A stretch of DNA of 64,000 nt, from the NCBI GenBank assembly GCA_946182825.1, contig CAMGZH010000003.1:14051-78050 (forward strand), given 5' to 3'. The stretch comes from an uncultured Lachnospiraceae bacterium. Lineage in GTDB: Bacteria > Bacillota > Clostridia > Lachnospirales > Lachnospiraceae. Position numbers and translations under genes: made by a program. The notes below the pieces were generated by a model. The model was given only the letters and a program-made list of their open reading frames with translations. It did not search any database and was not told the origin of the DNA. Below are positions 41,163 through 50,569 of the stretch, one piece after another (position 1 is the stretch's first letter; each line of letters begins with the position of its first letter).

Positions 41163-41867
41163 CTAAATAATCTTGGTTGCATCTTCCTGATGCATCGCTG
41201 TTAATGCAGCAAAGGCCGCTTCCTGTTCCGCATGCTTCTTTGAGGATGCCGTTCCCCGTCCAAGTACCACATCTCCAAGTCTTGCCTCAGAGGTGTACTG
41301 CTTGTTGTGATCAGGCCCCGTTGCCTCCACCAGGACATAGGTCAGGGTCTGGCCATGCTCTGCCTGAACGATCTCCTGCAACGCTGTCTTACAATCGTGA
41401 TACAGCTTCTTGTGCTCAATGTCAGTCAAAACAAACTTCATAATAAAATCTCTTGCCGGCTCCATGCCGCCATCAAGATAGATCGCACCGATCATAGCTT
41501 CAAACGCATCACTTGTTACAGACTTTCTTTCTCTTCCACCGGTCATTTCCTCACCTTTGCCAAGAAGGATGAAGCTGCCCAGCTCAAACGTCTTCGCACA
41601 GTATGCAAGCGTCGGCTCACATACCAGAGAAGCTCGAAGTCTGGACAGATCCCCTTCGGAAAGCTGTGGATAATTATGAAATAAAAAGTCACTGGATACC
41701 ACTTCAAGAACAGCGTCTCCCAAAAATTCCAGACGCTCATTATCAGAAAAAGGCTTCATATGCTTCTCATTGGCATAGGAACTGTGCGTCAATGCATGAA
41801 GCAACAAATGCTCATCCTTAAACTGGTATCCAATCCGATTCATTAACTCTTTCGTATCCGTCCTCAT
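41163..41867 (-). CDS. rnc: Ribonuclease III
   Basis: Signature ERLEFLGDAVL and a C-terminal dsRBD. Confidence 0.95.
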   Translation of the reverse strand: MRTDTKELMNRIGYQFKDEHLLLHALTHSSYANEKHMKPFSDNERLEFLGDAVLEVVSSDFLFHNYPQLSEGDLSRLRASLVCEPTLAYCAKTFELGSFILLGKGEEMTGGRERKSVTSDAFEAMIGAIYLDGGMEPARDFIMKFVLTDIEHKKLYHDCKTALQEIVQAEHGQTLTYVLVEATGPDHNKQYTSEARLGDVVLGRGTASSKKHAEQEAAFAALTAMHQEDATKII

Positions 41868-41900
41868 TCTCTTCCTTCCTTCGGTTATACGACAACAAAT

Positions 41901-41925
41901 AGGAGCTTCGCAAAGCGAAACTCCT
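41901..41925 (-). other. Stem-loop between acpP and rnc (weak terminator or processing site)
   Basis: AGGAGCTTCGC pairs with GCGAAACTCCT (1 mismatch). The T-tract is poor. Confidence 0.35.
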
Positions 41926-41943
41926 GAACCTGCCTAATATGAA

Positions 41944-42183
41944 TCAATCCTCAGTTCCCTGAGTCTTCTTGATCATTGCAACCGCGTCACCCACGGTAGT
42001 GATCTTCTCAGCCTCATCGTTATCGACTTCGATACCAAGCTCTTCCTCTACACCCATGATGATCTGGAATACATCAAGGGAATCAGCACCAAGATCATCG
42101 ATAAAGGTGGTATCTTCTGTAATCTCCTCCGGATCAACAGAGAGAACATCTGCAATAATCTTCTTTAAAACGTCAAGTTCCAT
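41944..42183 (-). CDS. acpP: Acyl carrier protein
   Basis: 79 aa with the phosphopantetheine site DLGADSLD. Confidence 0.95.
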   Translation of the reverse strand: MELDVLKKIIADVLSVDPEEITEDTTFIDDLGADSLDVFQIIMGVEEELGIEVDNDEAEKITTVGDAVAMIKKTQGTED

Positions 42184-42185
42184 TC

Positions 42186-43208
42186 TTATGCTTCCTCCTT
42201 GTTTTTCTTTGAAAGCTTTTCTAATATTTTGCCATTGATATCTTCCTCATGGAAGATGACACACTGAAGCAGGGAATTCTTAACCTCCTTGGCCTTACTG
42301 CTGCCGTGAACCTTCACGACAAGACCTTTCAGTCCTAAAAGGGGAGCTCCTCCATACTCTGAGGCATCGAAGGCCTTCAGATTCTTCTTAAGGGCAGGAA
42401 GAACCATTGCCGCTCCGATCTTGCTTAAGGCAGAGGATAACAGACTCTTCTTAAGGACGGATAAAAGTGTCTTCGATACACCTTCATACATCTTAAGGAT
42501 CATATTACCTACAAACGCCTCTGTAACGATGACATCCACATCGCCCTCCGGAATATCTCTTGCTTCAACGGAGCCGACAAAATTAATATCATCGCAAGCC
42601 TTAAGCAGCGGGAAGGTCTCCTTAACCAGTGCATTTCCTTTCTCTTCCTCTGCACCGATATTGGCAATACCGATGGTCGGATTCTTCTTGCCGAGAACGT
42701 ATTCCATATAAATAGAACCCATCTTGGCAAAAGAAACAAGATGTTCACTTCTTGCATCAACATTGGCACCACAATCGATAAGAAGAGAAACGCCCTTCTT
42801 CGTCGGAATCAACGGCGCAAGAGGTGCACGCTTTACTCCCGGCAGCTTACCAATGATAAGCTGACCTCCAACAAGCACCGCACCTGTAGAACCGGCGGAA
42901 ACAAAAGCATCCGCCTCACCATTCTTCACAAGATTCAGTGCTACCACAATAGAAGAATCCTTCTTCTTGCGGATCGCAGCAACCGGTGGCTCTGCCATCT
43001 CGATCACTTCGGATGCTTCGATGATGGTGACCCGCTCTCTTTCCGCTTCTGAATACCTGGACAAAGCCTGTTCGATCAGATCCGCCTGACCCACCAGATA
43101 AACTTCCATGTTCTTGCTCTCTTTCAGAGCAAGAATGGTTCCATCAACAATAGCCTGAGGCGCATTGTCTCCGCCCATGGCATCAACAGCAATTCTTGTT
43201 AAACTCAT
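42186..43208 (-). CDS. plsX: Phosphate acyltransferase PlsX
   Basis: Start at MSLTRIAVDAMGGDNAP (43208), after GGAG. The ORF-track extension to 43271 is not supported. Confidence 0.93.
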   Translation of the reverse strand: MSLTRIAVDAMGGDNAPQAIVDGTILALKESKNMEVYLVGQADLIEQALSRYSEAERERVTIIEASEVIEMAEPPVAAIRKKKDSSIVVALNLVKNGEADAFVSAGSTGAVLVGGQLIIGKLPGVKRAPLAPLIPTKKGVSLLIDCGANVDARSEHLVSFAKMGSIYMEYVLGKKNPTIGIANIGAEEEKGNALVKETFPLLKACDDINFVGSVEARDIPEGDVDVIVTEAFVGNMILKMYEGVSKTLLSVLKKSLLSSALSKIGAAMVLPALKKNLKAFDASEYGGAPLLGLKGLVVKVHGSSKAKEVKNSLLQCVIFHEEDINGKILEKLSKKNKEEA

Positions 43209-43325
43209 TGGTTTCACTCCTTCATGTCGCAAGAAAGTCCATGCACTTAGCAAATATACTATAACTGTCATAAAATATCAAGATATTGACATCCACAACT
43301 GCTATAAGGTAGCTTTTCATGAACG

Positions 43326-43350
43326 AAAAAAACCCCTGCCAAAGCAGGGG
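43326..43350 (-). terminator. Rho-independent terminator after rpmF
   Basis: CCCCTGC pairs with GCAGGGG, followed on the minus strand by TTTTTTT. Confidence 0.75.
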
Positions 43351-43373
43351 ATTTCTTCATAAAGATGTCAACA

Positions 43374-43553
43374 TTAGTCAACAGCTACGATCTCACGCTT
43401 GTTGTAAGTACCGCAGTTCTTGCACACACGATGTGGCATCATAAGCTGGCCGCACTTCGGGCAAGCTACAAGAGTAGGAGCGCTCATCTTCCAGTTCGCT
43501 CTTCTTCTATCTCTTCTTCCCTTGGAAGACTTATTCTTTGGACAGATTGACAT
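43374..43553 (-). CDS. rpmF: 50S ribosomal protein L32
   Basis: Not in the ORF track because it is 59 aa. My own translation is MSICPKNKSSKGRRDRRRANWKMSAPTLVACPKCGQLMMPHRVCKNCGTYNKREIVAVD, with the CxxC...CxxC zinc ribbon. It sits directly after yceD as in other Firmicutes. Confidence 0.9.
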   Translation of the reverse strand: MSICPKNKSSKGRRDRRRANWKMSAPTLVACPKCGQLMMPHRVCKNCGTYNKREIVAVD

Positions 43554-43556
43554 ACG

Positions 43557-44081
43557 TTACACCTCCTTAAACTGATCAAACACATCAAGAAATTTAGCCA
43601 TTCGCGGATCTAAAACGGTGCGATCGCAATCACACTCTGTAATATTCCGGTTCTTCCCGCATACCGGGCACAGGCCCTTGCAGTCATCCCTGCACAAAAC
43701 CTTATCTGGCCAGTGAAGCTGAATCTCATTCAAAAGGATTCGGTCCACATCTATTTCCTTTCCCTCTGCAAGATCAGAATTTTCTTCCGGATCCGTTACG
43801 ATCATCTCATCCTTGACTTCAAAAGCCTCGGAGATCGCAATGGGAAATTCCACAGATACATCGGATAAACACCGGTCGCATGGAATCATCACAGATACGG
43901 TGGTCTCACCTTCGATAAGAAGACTCGTTCCACCCTCGTTTGATACGGATAGTTCAAACGGCTGCTTGTCGCAGACAGTATACGTAGCCCCTGTATGAGA
44001 AACCTCTGTGATCTCAGGGGTCACCAGGTACTTTTCTGTCTCACCCTTATGGGCAAGTGTCTTATAAATATCCAGTCTCAT
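43557..44081 (-). CDS. yceD: YceD-family (DUF177) protein
   Basis: 174 aa with the C-terminal motif CKGLCPVCGKNRN..CDC and the conserved position upstream of rpmF. Confidence 0.88.
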   Translation of the reverse strand: MRLDIYKTLAHKGETEKYLVTPEITEVSHTGATYTVCDKQPFELSVSNEGGTSLLIEGETTVSVMIPCDRCLSDVSVEFPIAISEAFEVKDEMIVTDPEENSDLAEGKEIDVDRILLNEIQLHWPDKVLCRDDCKGLCPVCGKNRNITECDCDRTVLDPRMAKFLDVFDQFKEV

Positions 44082-44163
44082 GGCATACTCCTATCCACAA
44101 CAAATAACATTATACTTTCGAACACTTGTAATGTCAACCATTTTTCTTTACAAATGTATCGGA

Positions 44164-45354
44164 TTATTTCACAAGTGCTACCGTCTCACGAGCGATGGCA
44201 AGCTCCTCATTGGTCGGGATCACGTAAGCTGCCACCTTGGAATCTGCAGTAGAAATCTTCTGCTCCTCACCGGCAACCTCATTCGCCTTGGCATCGATGG
44301 AAAGACCCAGGAACTCAAGGTATGCGCAGACCTTGCCGCGAAGGTAACCATTGTTCTCACCAACTCCGGCTGTAAACGCAATGATATCTACACCATTCAT
44401 TGCTGCTGCATAGGAACCGACATACTTCGCTACGCGGTATGCAAACATATCGATTGCAAGAGAAGCCTTCTTATTGCCTTCCTTCTCAGCTGCAAGAAGA
44501 TCACGGAAATCAGAAGAGATCTCAGAAACACCAAGGATACCACTCTTCTTATTCAGTACGTTCATTGCACCGGCAAAGTCCAGACCCTCTTTCTTAGCGA
44601 TGAACTCAACAGCAGAAGGATCGATATCACCGGAACGGGTTCCCATTACAAGGCCTTCCAATGGAGAAAGTCCCATAGAAGTATCGATGGATTCACCGTT
44701 CAATACAGCAGATACAGATGCACCGTTACCAAGATGGCATACAATGATCTTAGAATTCTTAAGATCTGCACCGGCAACCTCTGCAACACGCTTGCTTACG
44801 AAGCTGTGGCTTGTTCCATGGAAACCATACTTACGAACACCGTACTGCTCATAATACTTATAAGGTACAGCATACATATATGCCTTCTGTGGCATTGTCT
44901 GATGGAATGCAGTATCGAAAACACCAACCATTGGAACACCCGGCATAAGGTCACGACATGCATTGATACCGATAATATTCGCAGGGTTATGAAGAGGGGC
45001 AAGATCGTTACACTCTTCTACTGTCTTAATGACTTCATCGGTAATCAGTGTAGACTTTGTGAACTTCTCTCCGCCATGGACAATACGGTGACCAACAGCG
45101 CCGATCTCTGAAAGATCCTTAATGCAACCACTCTTAGGATTCACAAGAGCTTCAAGGACAAGCTTAACAGCCTCCTTGTGGGTCGGCATTGCTACCTCTG
45201 TGATCTCCTTGTCTGCGCCGGCCGGCTGATAAACAAGACGTCCGTCAAGACCGATACGCTCGCAAAGACCCTTAGCTAATACCTTCTCAGAATCTGCATC
45301 GATGACCTGATACTTCAGAGAAGAACTACCACAGTTGATAACTAATACGTTCAT
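44164..45354 (-). CDS. ackA: Acetate kinase
   Basis: Start at MNVLVINCGSSSLKYQ, after GAGGAAGG, with HRIVHGG and GFHGTSH motifs. Confidence 0.96.
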   Translation of the reverse strand: MNVLVINCGSSSLKYQVIDADSEKVLAKGLCERIGLDGRLVYQPAGADKEITEVAMPTHKEAVKLVLEALVNPKSGCIKDLSEIGAVGHRIVHGGEKFTKSTLITDEVIKTVEECNDLAPLHNPANIIGINACRDLMPGVPMVGVFDTAFHQTMPQKAYMYAVPYKYYEQYGVRKYGFHGTSHSFVSKRVAEVAGADLKNSKIIVCHLGNGASVSAVLNGESIDTSMGLSPLEGLVMGTRSGDIDPSAVEFIAKKEGLDFAGAMNVLNKKSGILGVSEISSDFRDLLAAEKEGNKKASLAIDMFAYRVAKYVGSYAAAMNGVDIIAFTAGVGENNGYLRGKVCAYLEFLGLSIDAKANEVAGEEQKISTADSKVAAYVIPTNEELAIARETVALVK

Positions 45355-45598
45355 TTTCTTACCTTCCTCATCTATTATATAACCATTATTTACGTAGTGA
45401 CAGCCGTAGCGCACGCCACGGCGATTCTATTATACACCCTTTTAGGAAACCTTCAACCACCGCCATGGTTTTCCTTCAGATACAATTCCATATTCTCTGT
45501 CATCTCTGTCATCCCTCCCAAGTCCCTCAGACAAATCCACTCAAAATATGATACAGTATCTGTAGTAGCTATACACAAAGCAGAATGGCAGGTCATTT

Positions 45599-46897
45599 AT
45601 GTCAAACATTGGAATCATAGCAGAATTTAACCCATTCCATCAGGGACACCTGTACCTGATGGATCACGCCAGACAAACCCTTAAAGCCAACACCCTTGTG
45701 GTGGCTTTAGGACACGAATTTACCCAGCGGGGAGATATTGCTCTTTTAGACCGTTATACAAGAGCCGCCTCTGCCCGGCTTTTCGGAGCCGATCTAGTTC
45801 TTGGAATGCCGCTAGCTGCCTCCTGCGCCAGCGCCGAGGTCTTTGCACGCTGTGGAGTGGCCCTTTTGGCTGCCGCCGGCTGTGATAAAATTCTTTGCGG
45901 CTGGGAGGGAAGTCAGGCTATGGTTCCTTCTATTGAAAAGGCGCTGCTTTTTGAGATCGCCGGCCTTCTTTCAGAAGAACCGAAAGACTACAAGAAGGTC
46001 CTGTCAGAACAGCTTAAGACAGGCAAAAGTTATCCGGCTGCCCGGACGAATGCAGTCTTATCCTGTATTTCTTCCGACAGCAAAAAAGCAATCGCCCGGG
46101 ATCTGCTCTCCTCCCCCAACAACATACTGGCTCTGGAATACGCAAGAGCCATCCACGACCTTTCCCTTCCGCTGGAACTTGTACTTCTTGCCAGAAAGGG
46201 GAGCGACTATCACAGTACCCGGATTACAAAGGATTTCTATGCTTCCGCCACAAGCATCCGGCAAAAACTTGCTTCCATGGAGGTTTTGTATCAGAAGGGC
46301 ACTTTAAAGCCGGACCAGTTCCGCCAGAGCCTATCCCCCCATATGCCAAAGGAGTCCTACCAGCTTTTGGAACATGCCTTTATCAAAAAATTATTGCTGT
46401 TTCCATCGGATGTGGATATCCTGCTCCATACAAAACTTTTTGAAAAAGAAGAACTGACCGCCTTTGCCGACTGTACCGATGACCTTCAAAACCGGATTCT
46501 GAAGAACAGAGAGCAATATATAGGTTACGAGGCCTTTGCCGATCTACTCAAGAACAAGAGCCTGACCAGAAGCCGGATCACCCGTGTTCTGACTCATATC
46601 CTGCTGGGAATCACAGACGAAGATCTTACTCTCCTGAAACGCAGGGACTACGCCCCTTACTTTTGGATACTGGCAGCATCAGCCAAAGGAAAAGGGTCCA
46701 TGGGTGTTTTAAAGCAAAAAGATCTCCCTCTCTTCTGTTCCATCAATGAGATTACATCATCCCTTGACCGGAACGGATCCGACACAGAGCGGCTGCTTAC
46801 ACTGGACCTGAAGGCTTCCGAAATCGCCCGCATCCTCCGAATCCACAAATGCAAGCACCCTCTTCCAACAGAATATACGCGTAAAGTTGTATTATAG
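45599..46897 (+). CDS. tmcAL: tRNA(Met) cytidine acetate ligase (YlbM/UPF0348 nucleotidyltransferase)
   Basis: N-terminal GIIAEFNPFHQGHLYL (HxGH nucleotidyltransferase motif). 432 aa. Confidence 0.8.
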   Translation: MSNIGIIAEFNPFHQGHLYLMDHARQTLKANTLVVALGHEFTQRGDIALLDRYTRAASARLFGADLVLGMPLAASCASAEVFARCGVALLAAAGCDKILCGWEGSQAMVPSIEKALLFEIAGLLSEEPKDYKKVLSEQLKTGKSYPAARTNAVLSCISSDSKKAIARDLLSSPNNILALEYARAIHDLSLPLELVLLARKGSDYHSTRITKDFYASATSIRQKLASMEVLYQKGTLKPDQFRQSLSPHMPKESYQLLEHAFIKKLLLFPSDVDILLHTKLFEKEELTAFADCTDDLQNRILKNREQYIGYEAFADLLKNKSLTRSRITRVLTHILLGITDEDLTLLKRRDYAPYFWILAASAKGKGSMGVLKQKDLPLFCSINEITSSLDRNGSDTERLLTLDLKASEIARILRIHKCKHPLPTEYTRKVVL

Positions 46898-46902
46898 TCA
46901 AA

Positions 46903-46938
46903 AGGCACCTGCCTTCGTTCTCACGAAGGCAGGTGCCT
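46903..46938. terminator. 15-bp stem-loop between the convergent tmcAL and purH genes
   Basis: AGGCACCTGCCTTCG pairs with CGAAGGCAGGTGCCT. The flanking T-tracts are weak. Confidence 0.55.
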
Positions 46939-46960
46939 ATCAAATCAACAAAACGTATTT

Positions 46961-48142
46961 TTAGTGATGGAATAAACGGATACCAGTAAATGCCATAACC
47001 ATATCGTACTTATCACAGGTCTCAATTACATTGTCATCACGGATAGATCCGCCCGGCTCAGCAATGAACTTAACACCGCTCTTATGTGCGCGCTCAATGT
47101 TATCTCCGAATGGGAAGAACGCGTCAGAACCGAGTGTAACATCGGTATTCTGATCAAGCCAAGCTCTCTTCTCTTCCTTAGTGAAAACAGAAGGCTTCTC
47201 TGTGAAGACTCTCTCCCAGGCACCATCAGCAAGAAGATCCTCGTACTCATCACCAATGTAAAGATCAATGGCATTATCACGATCCGCACGACGAACATCC
47301 TCCCGGAAAGGAAGCTCCATAACCTTCTTGCTCTGGCGAAGCCACCAGTTGTCTGCCTTCTGACCGGCAAGTCTGGTGCAGTGGATTCTGGACTGCTGAC
47401 CGGCGCCGATACCGATGGCCTGACCATCCTTAACATAGCATACGGAATTGGACTGGGTATACTTTAATGTGATCATGGCAATGGCAAGGTCAATCTTCGC
47501 CTGCTCCGTCAATTCTTTATTCTTTGTAACAATGTTGCTAAAGAAATCATCATCAATGTTTAACTCATTGCGTCCCTGTTCAAATGTTACACCGAACACC
47601 TGCTTCTTCTCGATCTGAGCCGGAACATAGGAAGGATCGATCTGAATCACATTGTAGTTACCATTCTTCTTGGCCTTTAAGATCTCAAGAGCGTCCTCGT
47701 CAAAGGCAGGAGCGATGACACCATCGGAAACCTCACGCTTGATGATCATAGCCGTGGCCTTGTCACAGGTATCAGATAAAGCAATGAAGTCACCGAAGGA
47801 ACTCATACGGTCAGCACCACGGGCTCTGGCATAGGCATTCGCCATGGGCGTAAACTCCACATCCATGTCATCCACCCAGTAGATTTTGCGCTCAACCTCG
47901 GAAAGGGGAAGACCAACAGCCGCACCGGCAGGAGACACATGCTTAAAGGAGGTGGCAGCCGGAAGACCGGTAGCCTTCTTCAGCTCAGAAACCAGCTGCC
48001 AGCCGTTAAAGGCATCCAGAAAGTTAATGTAACCCGGACGACCGTTTAAGATGGTAACCGGAAGCTCACTTCCGTCCTCCATATAGATCTTGGAAGGCTT
48101 CTGGTTCGGATTACATCCATACTTTAACTCAAATTCTTTCAT
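46961..48142 (-). CDS. purH: AICAR formyltransferase (PurH C-terminal-domain type, without the MGS-like IMP cyclohydrolase domain)
   Basis: 393 aa starting MKEFELKYGCNPNQ, so it is the AICARFT domain only. Confidence 0.88.
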   Translation of the reverse strand: MKEFELKYGCNPNQKPSKIYMEDGSELPVTILNGRPGYINFLDAFNGWQLVSELKKATGLPAATSFKHVSPAGAAVGLPLSEVERKIYWVDDMDVEFTPMANAYARARGADRMSSFGDFIALSDTCDKATAMIIKREVSDGVIAPAFDEDALEILKAKKNGNYNVIQIDPSYVPAQIEKKQVFGVTFEQGRNELNIDDDFFSNIVTKNKELTEQAKIDLAIAMITLKYTQSNSVCYVKDGQAIGIGAGQQSRIHCTRLAGQKADNWWLRQSKKVMELPFREDVRRADRDNAIDLYIGDEYEDLLADGAWERVFTEKPSVFTKEEKRAWLDQNTDVTLGSDAFFPFGDNIERAHKSGVKFIAEPGGSIRDDNVIETCDKYDMVMAFTGIRLFHH

Positions 48143-48164
48143 GAAAACTCTCCTTATAAAACAA

Positions 48165-48881
48165 TTAATTGTTCTTGTTCACAATACGTGTCTCGTACTT
48201 ACCTGTTGCAATATCGATGAAACGGACAAATAAGGAAACCTTGTTGTCCTCATTCAGATTCTTCCAGATCATCTCGGTAAAGCTGTCAATATCACCATCA
48301 ATATCTACAATGGTAGGCTCACCCTCATAGGAAGGAAGTGGATTGCCGTCGCCCATGTAGGTGTGGATGAATCTGCCCTCTCCCGCCTTGGGATTATCAT
48401 AGGAGAAGGTATAACGGTTGGTGCAGTCCGGATCGCCCTCGTTGCTCTTGAGGATGGACATATCAAAATCAAAGGAACCGCCGGCCACATGAAGTCTTGC
48501 AGAAATACGAGGTGTATAGTTGGGTCCATCCGGCTCAAACTTGCGAATGCGAAGAGACTCTTCAAAAGACTTTCCCGCCTTCATCCCATCAAAAACAGTA
48601 TCCGTCTGATCACCGTTGGTCACAATGGTGTTATCCCCTAAGACACGAACCGGCGCATAGATGATAAGACTGGGATCTTCAAGCTTGCTTGGATCAAAAG
48701 CCTGGGTACGGATCCCCTCATCCTCTGCCTCTACGAATACACGGTTACGGCTGTTCTCGGAACGGCCCATGATAAAATAAGCCGTAACAGCCTTGCTTCC
48801 GTCAGCGCTTTTACCAACCACAATGCCGCGACCCGGGTAGGTGTTCTGGGATAACTCCTCTGAAAGTAATACTCTTTTCAT
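48165..48881 (-). CDS. purO: IMP cyclohydrolase, archaeal PurO type
   Basis: Start at MKRVLLSEEL, after AGGAGA. It contains GRGIVVGKSADGSKAVTAYFIMGRSENSRNR and lies 22 nt upstream of purH. Confidence 0.75.
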   Translation of the reverse strand: MKRVLLSEELSQNTYPGRGIVVGKSADGSKAVTAYFIMGRSENSRNRVFVEAEDEGIRTQAFDPSKLEDPSLIIYAPVRVLGDNTIVTNGDQTDTVFDGMKAGKSFEESLRIRKFEPDGPNYTPRISARLHVAGGSFDFDMSILKSNEGDPDCTNRYTFSYDNPKAGEGRFIHTYMGDGNPLPSYEGEPTIVDIDGDIDSFTEMIWKNLNEDNKVSLFVRFIDIATGKYETRIVNKNN

Positions 48882-48927
48882 GTTTTCTCCTATCATAATC
48901 ATATTTTACAATGGAACAAAAATGTAT

Positions 48928-48956
48928 AAAAAGTGCCGGCTCAAAAGAGCCGACAC
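48928..48956 (-). terminator. Terminator after the purine permease gene
   Basis: GTGCCGGCTC pairs with GAGCCGACAC (1 mismatch), followed on the minus strand by TTTTT. Confidence 0.6.
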
Positions 48957-48962
48957 CTGTTC

Positions 48963-50345
48963 CTATCTTGGGATAAAGATATACTTTAATACGAAAAGTA
49001 CAGCTAAAACATACATTAAAACTGTAATCTTCTTCTTTTCATCAGAAATAAGGTTGCAAACAACATTGATCACAACGTAAGAAACAACACCGATGGCAAT
49101 ACCCTCGGAAATGCTGTAGAAAAGCGGCATAGCAATAACAGCAAGGTATGCAGGGATAGCCTCGCGAAGATCTGAGAAGTTGATCTTAACGATAGAAGAA
49201 ACCATTAAGAAACCTACAAAGATCAGAGCCGGAGCTGTAGCAAAGCCTGGAATTGCAGTAAATACCGGTGCAAAAAGAATTGCAATCAGGAAAAGAACGC
49301 CTGTTGTAACAGCTGTAAGTCCTGTACGTCCACCTGCACCTACACCTGCTGTTGACTCAACGTATGTTGTTGTTGTAGATGTACCAAGAAGAGCACCTAC
49401 GGATGTTGCTACAGCATCAGCCATTAAAGCGCCCTTGATATTCGGAAGCTTACCGTCCTTATCAAGGAAACCAGCCTTCTCGGAACAACCTACAAGAGTT
49501 CCAATGGTATCAAAGATATCAACGAAAAGGAAAGAGAATACAACAATAGCGAAATTTAAGATACCGCCACCCTTGATCTCGCCAAAACCGTTGATAGCCT
49601 TACCTGCTGTCTTACCGATAGCAGAGAAATCTGTTAAACCAAGGGAAGGAATAACAGAATAGAAACTGTTCTTAGGATCCGGAACATAAACGCCTGCAGC
49701 CTCCATGATCATTCCGAGAATCCATGTAAATAAAATACCGATCAGCACAGCTCCCGGTACCTTCTTAATGTAAAGGATTGCGATTACCATAAGTCCAATC
49801 AGTGCAAGAAGTGCACAGACACCTGCCTGATGCCAGGTTGCACGGAAATCAACATAAGTAACTAATGTTGCACCCTGATCTGCAACAAGATGACCATCCT
49901 GTAAACCGATAAATGCTACAAAAAGACCAATACCTGCAGAAACACCTAACTTCAGAGTGGATGGGATTGCATTAAAAATCGCCTCACGCACATTGGTAAG
50001 GGAAAGAAGAATAAATACAATACCTTCTACAAAAACTGCCGCCAAAGCAACCTTCCAGCTGTAACCCATTGAGCCGCAAACAGTATAGGCGAAGAACGCA
50101 TTCAAACCCATACCCGGAGCCAATGCAAACGGATAGTTTGCCATGAACGCCATGCAAAGAGTACCAAAGAAGGACGCTAAGCAGGTAGCCATCAAAATCG
50201 CAGTTGGATCCATACCACTTGCTCCAAGTGTTGATGGATTAACAGCTAAAATGTAGGCCATTGTCATGAAGGTTGTAAAACCAGCAATGATCTCTGTCTT
50301 CACATCTGTGTGAAGCTCCTTAAGATGAAAGACTTTTTCTAACAT
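48963..50345 (-). CDS. NCS2-family (AzgA-like) adenine/guanine/hypoxanthine permease
   Basis: 460 aa, polytopic, with a typical AzgA/PbuG-like N-terminus, FHLKELHTDVKTEIIAGFTTFMTMAYI. Confidence 0.9.
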   Translation of the reverse strand: MLEKVFHLKELHTDVKTEIIAGFTTFMTMAYILAVNPSTLGASGMDPTAILMATCLASFFGTLCMAFMANYPFALAPGMGLNAFFAYTVCGSMGYSWKVALAAVFVEGIVFILLSLTNVREAIFNAIPSTLKLGVSAGIGLFVAFIGLQDGHLVADQGATLVTYVDFRATWHQAGVCALLALIGLMVIAILYIKKVPGAVLIGILFTWILGMIMEAAGVYVPDPKNSFYSVIPSLGLTDFSAIGKTAGKAINGFGEIKGGGILNFAIVVFSFLFVDIFDTIGTLVGCSEKAGFLDKDGKLPNIKGALMADAVATSVGALLGTSTTTTYVESTAGVGAGGRTGLTAVTTGVLFLIAILFAPVFTAIPGFATAPALIFVGFLMVSSIVKINFSDLREAIPAYLAVIAMPLFYSISEGIAIGVVSYVVINVVCNLISDEKKKITVLMYVLAVLFVLKYIFIPR

Positions 50346-50413
50346 GTAGTAACTCCTCCTCTACATAAGTTGTCGTCACGGTACCCACCGTGAGTCAATA
50401 AAAGCCGTAGAAA

Positions 50414-50442
50414 ATTATAATCGACAGGTGAAATTTTGTAAA
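50414..50442 (-). promoter_or_regulatory. Sigma-A type promoter of the permease gene
   Basis: Minus strand reads TTTACA, a 17-nt spacer, then TATAAT, about 70 nt upstream of the ATG. Confidence 0.55.
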
Positions 50443-50467
50443 GTAAAGGCTGAAGCATTTTTTTATG

Positions 50468-50497
50468 TTGTTTTTTTTATATTAGAAGTGATAAAAT
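50468..50497 (+). promoter_or_regulatory. Candidate extended -10 promoter (TGATAAAAT) of the DUF1846 gene
   Basis: TG at 50489-50490 and TAAAAT at 50492-50497. The -35 region is T-rich and weak. Confidence 0.35.
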
Positions 50498-50509
50498 CTA
50501 AAGGTATTT

Positions 50510-50532
50510 TTGCATCATATTCTAAGATGCAA
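50510..50532. promoter_or_regulatory. 7-bp inverted repeat TTGCATC-N9-GATGCAA (possible operator)
   Basis: A perfect inverted repeat 38 nt upstream of the DUF1846 ATG. Confidence 0.3.
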
Positions 50533-50569
50533 TAAAACCGTATCTTTAATTACAAAGGAAGGAATCTCC

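Noticed and set aside
50346-50470. Possible purine riboswitch upstream of the NCS2 purine permease. The minus strand shows TATAAT followed by TTTCTAC, reminiscent of the J1/2 and J2/3 joining strands of the guanine aptamer.
   Set aside because: There are no P2 or P3 helices between or after these strings. The TATAAT lies exactly 17 nt downstream of TTTACA, so it is better read as a promoter -10 box. The remaining leader of about 65 nt has only one small hairpin.
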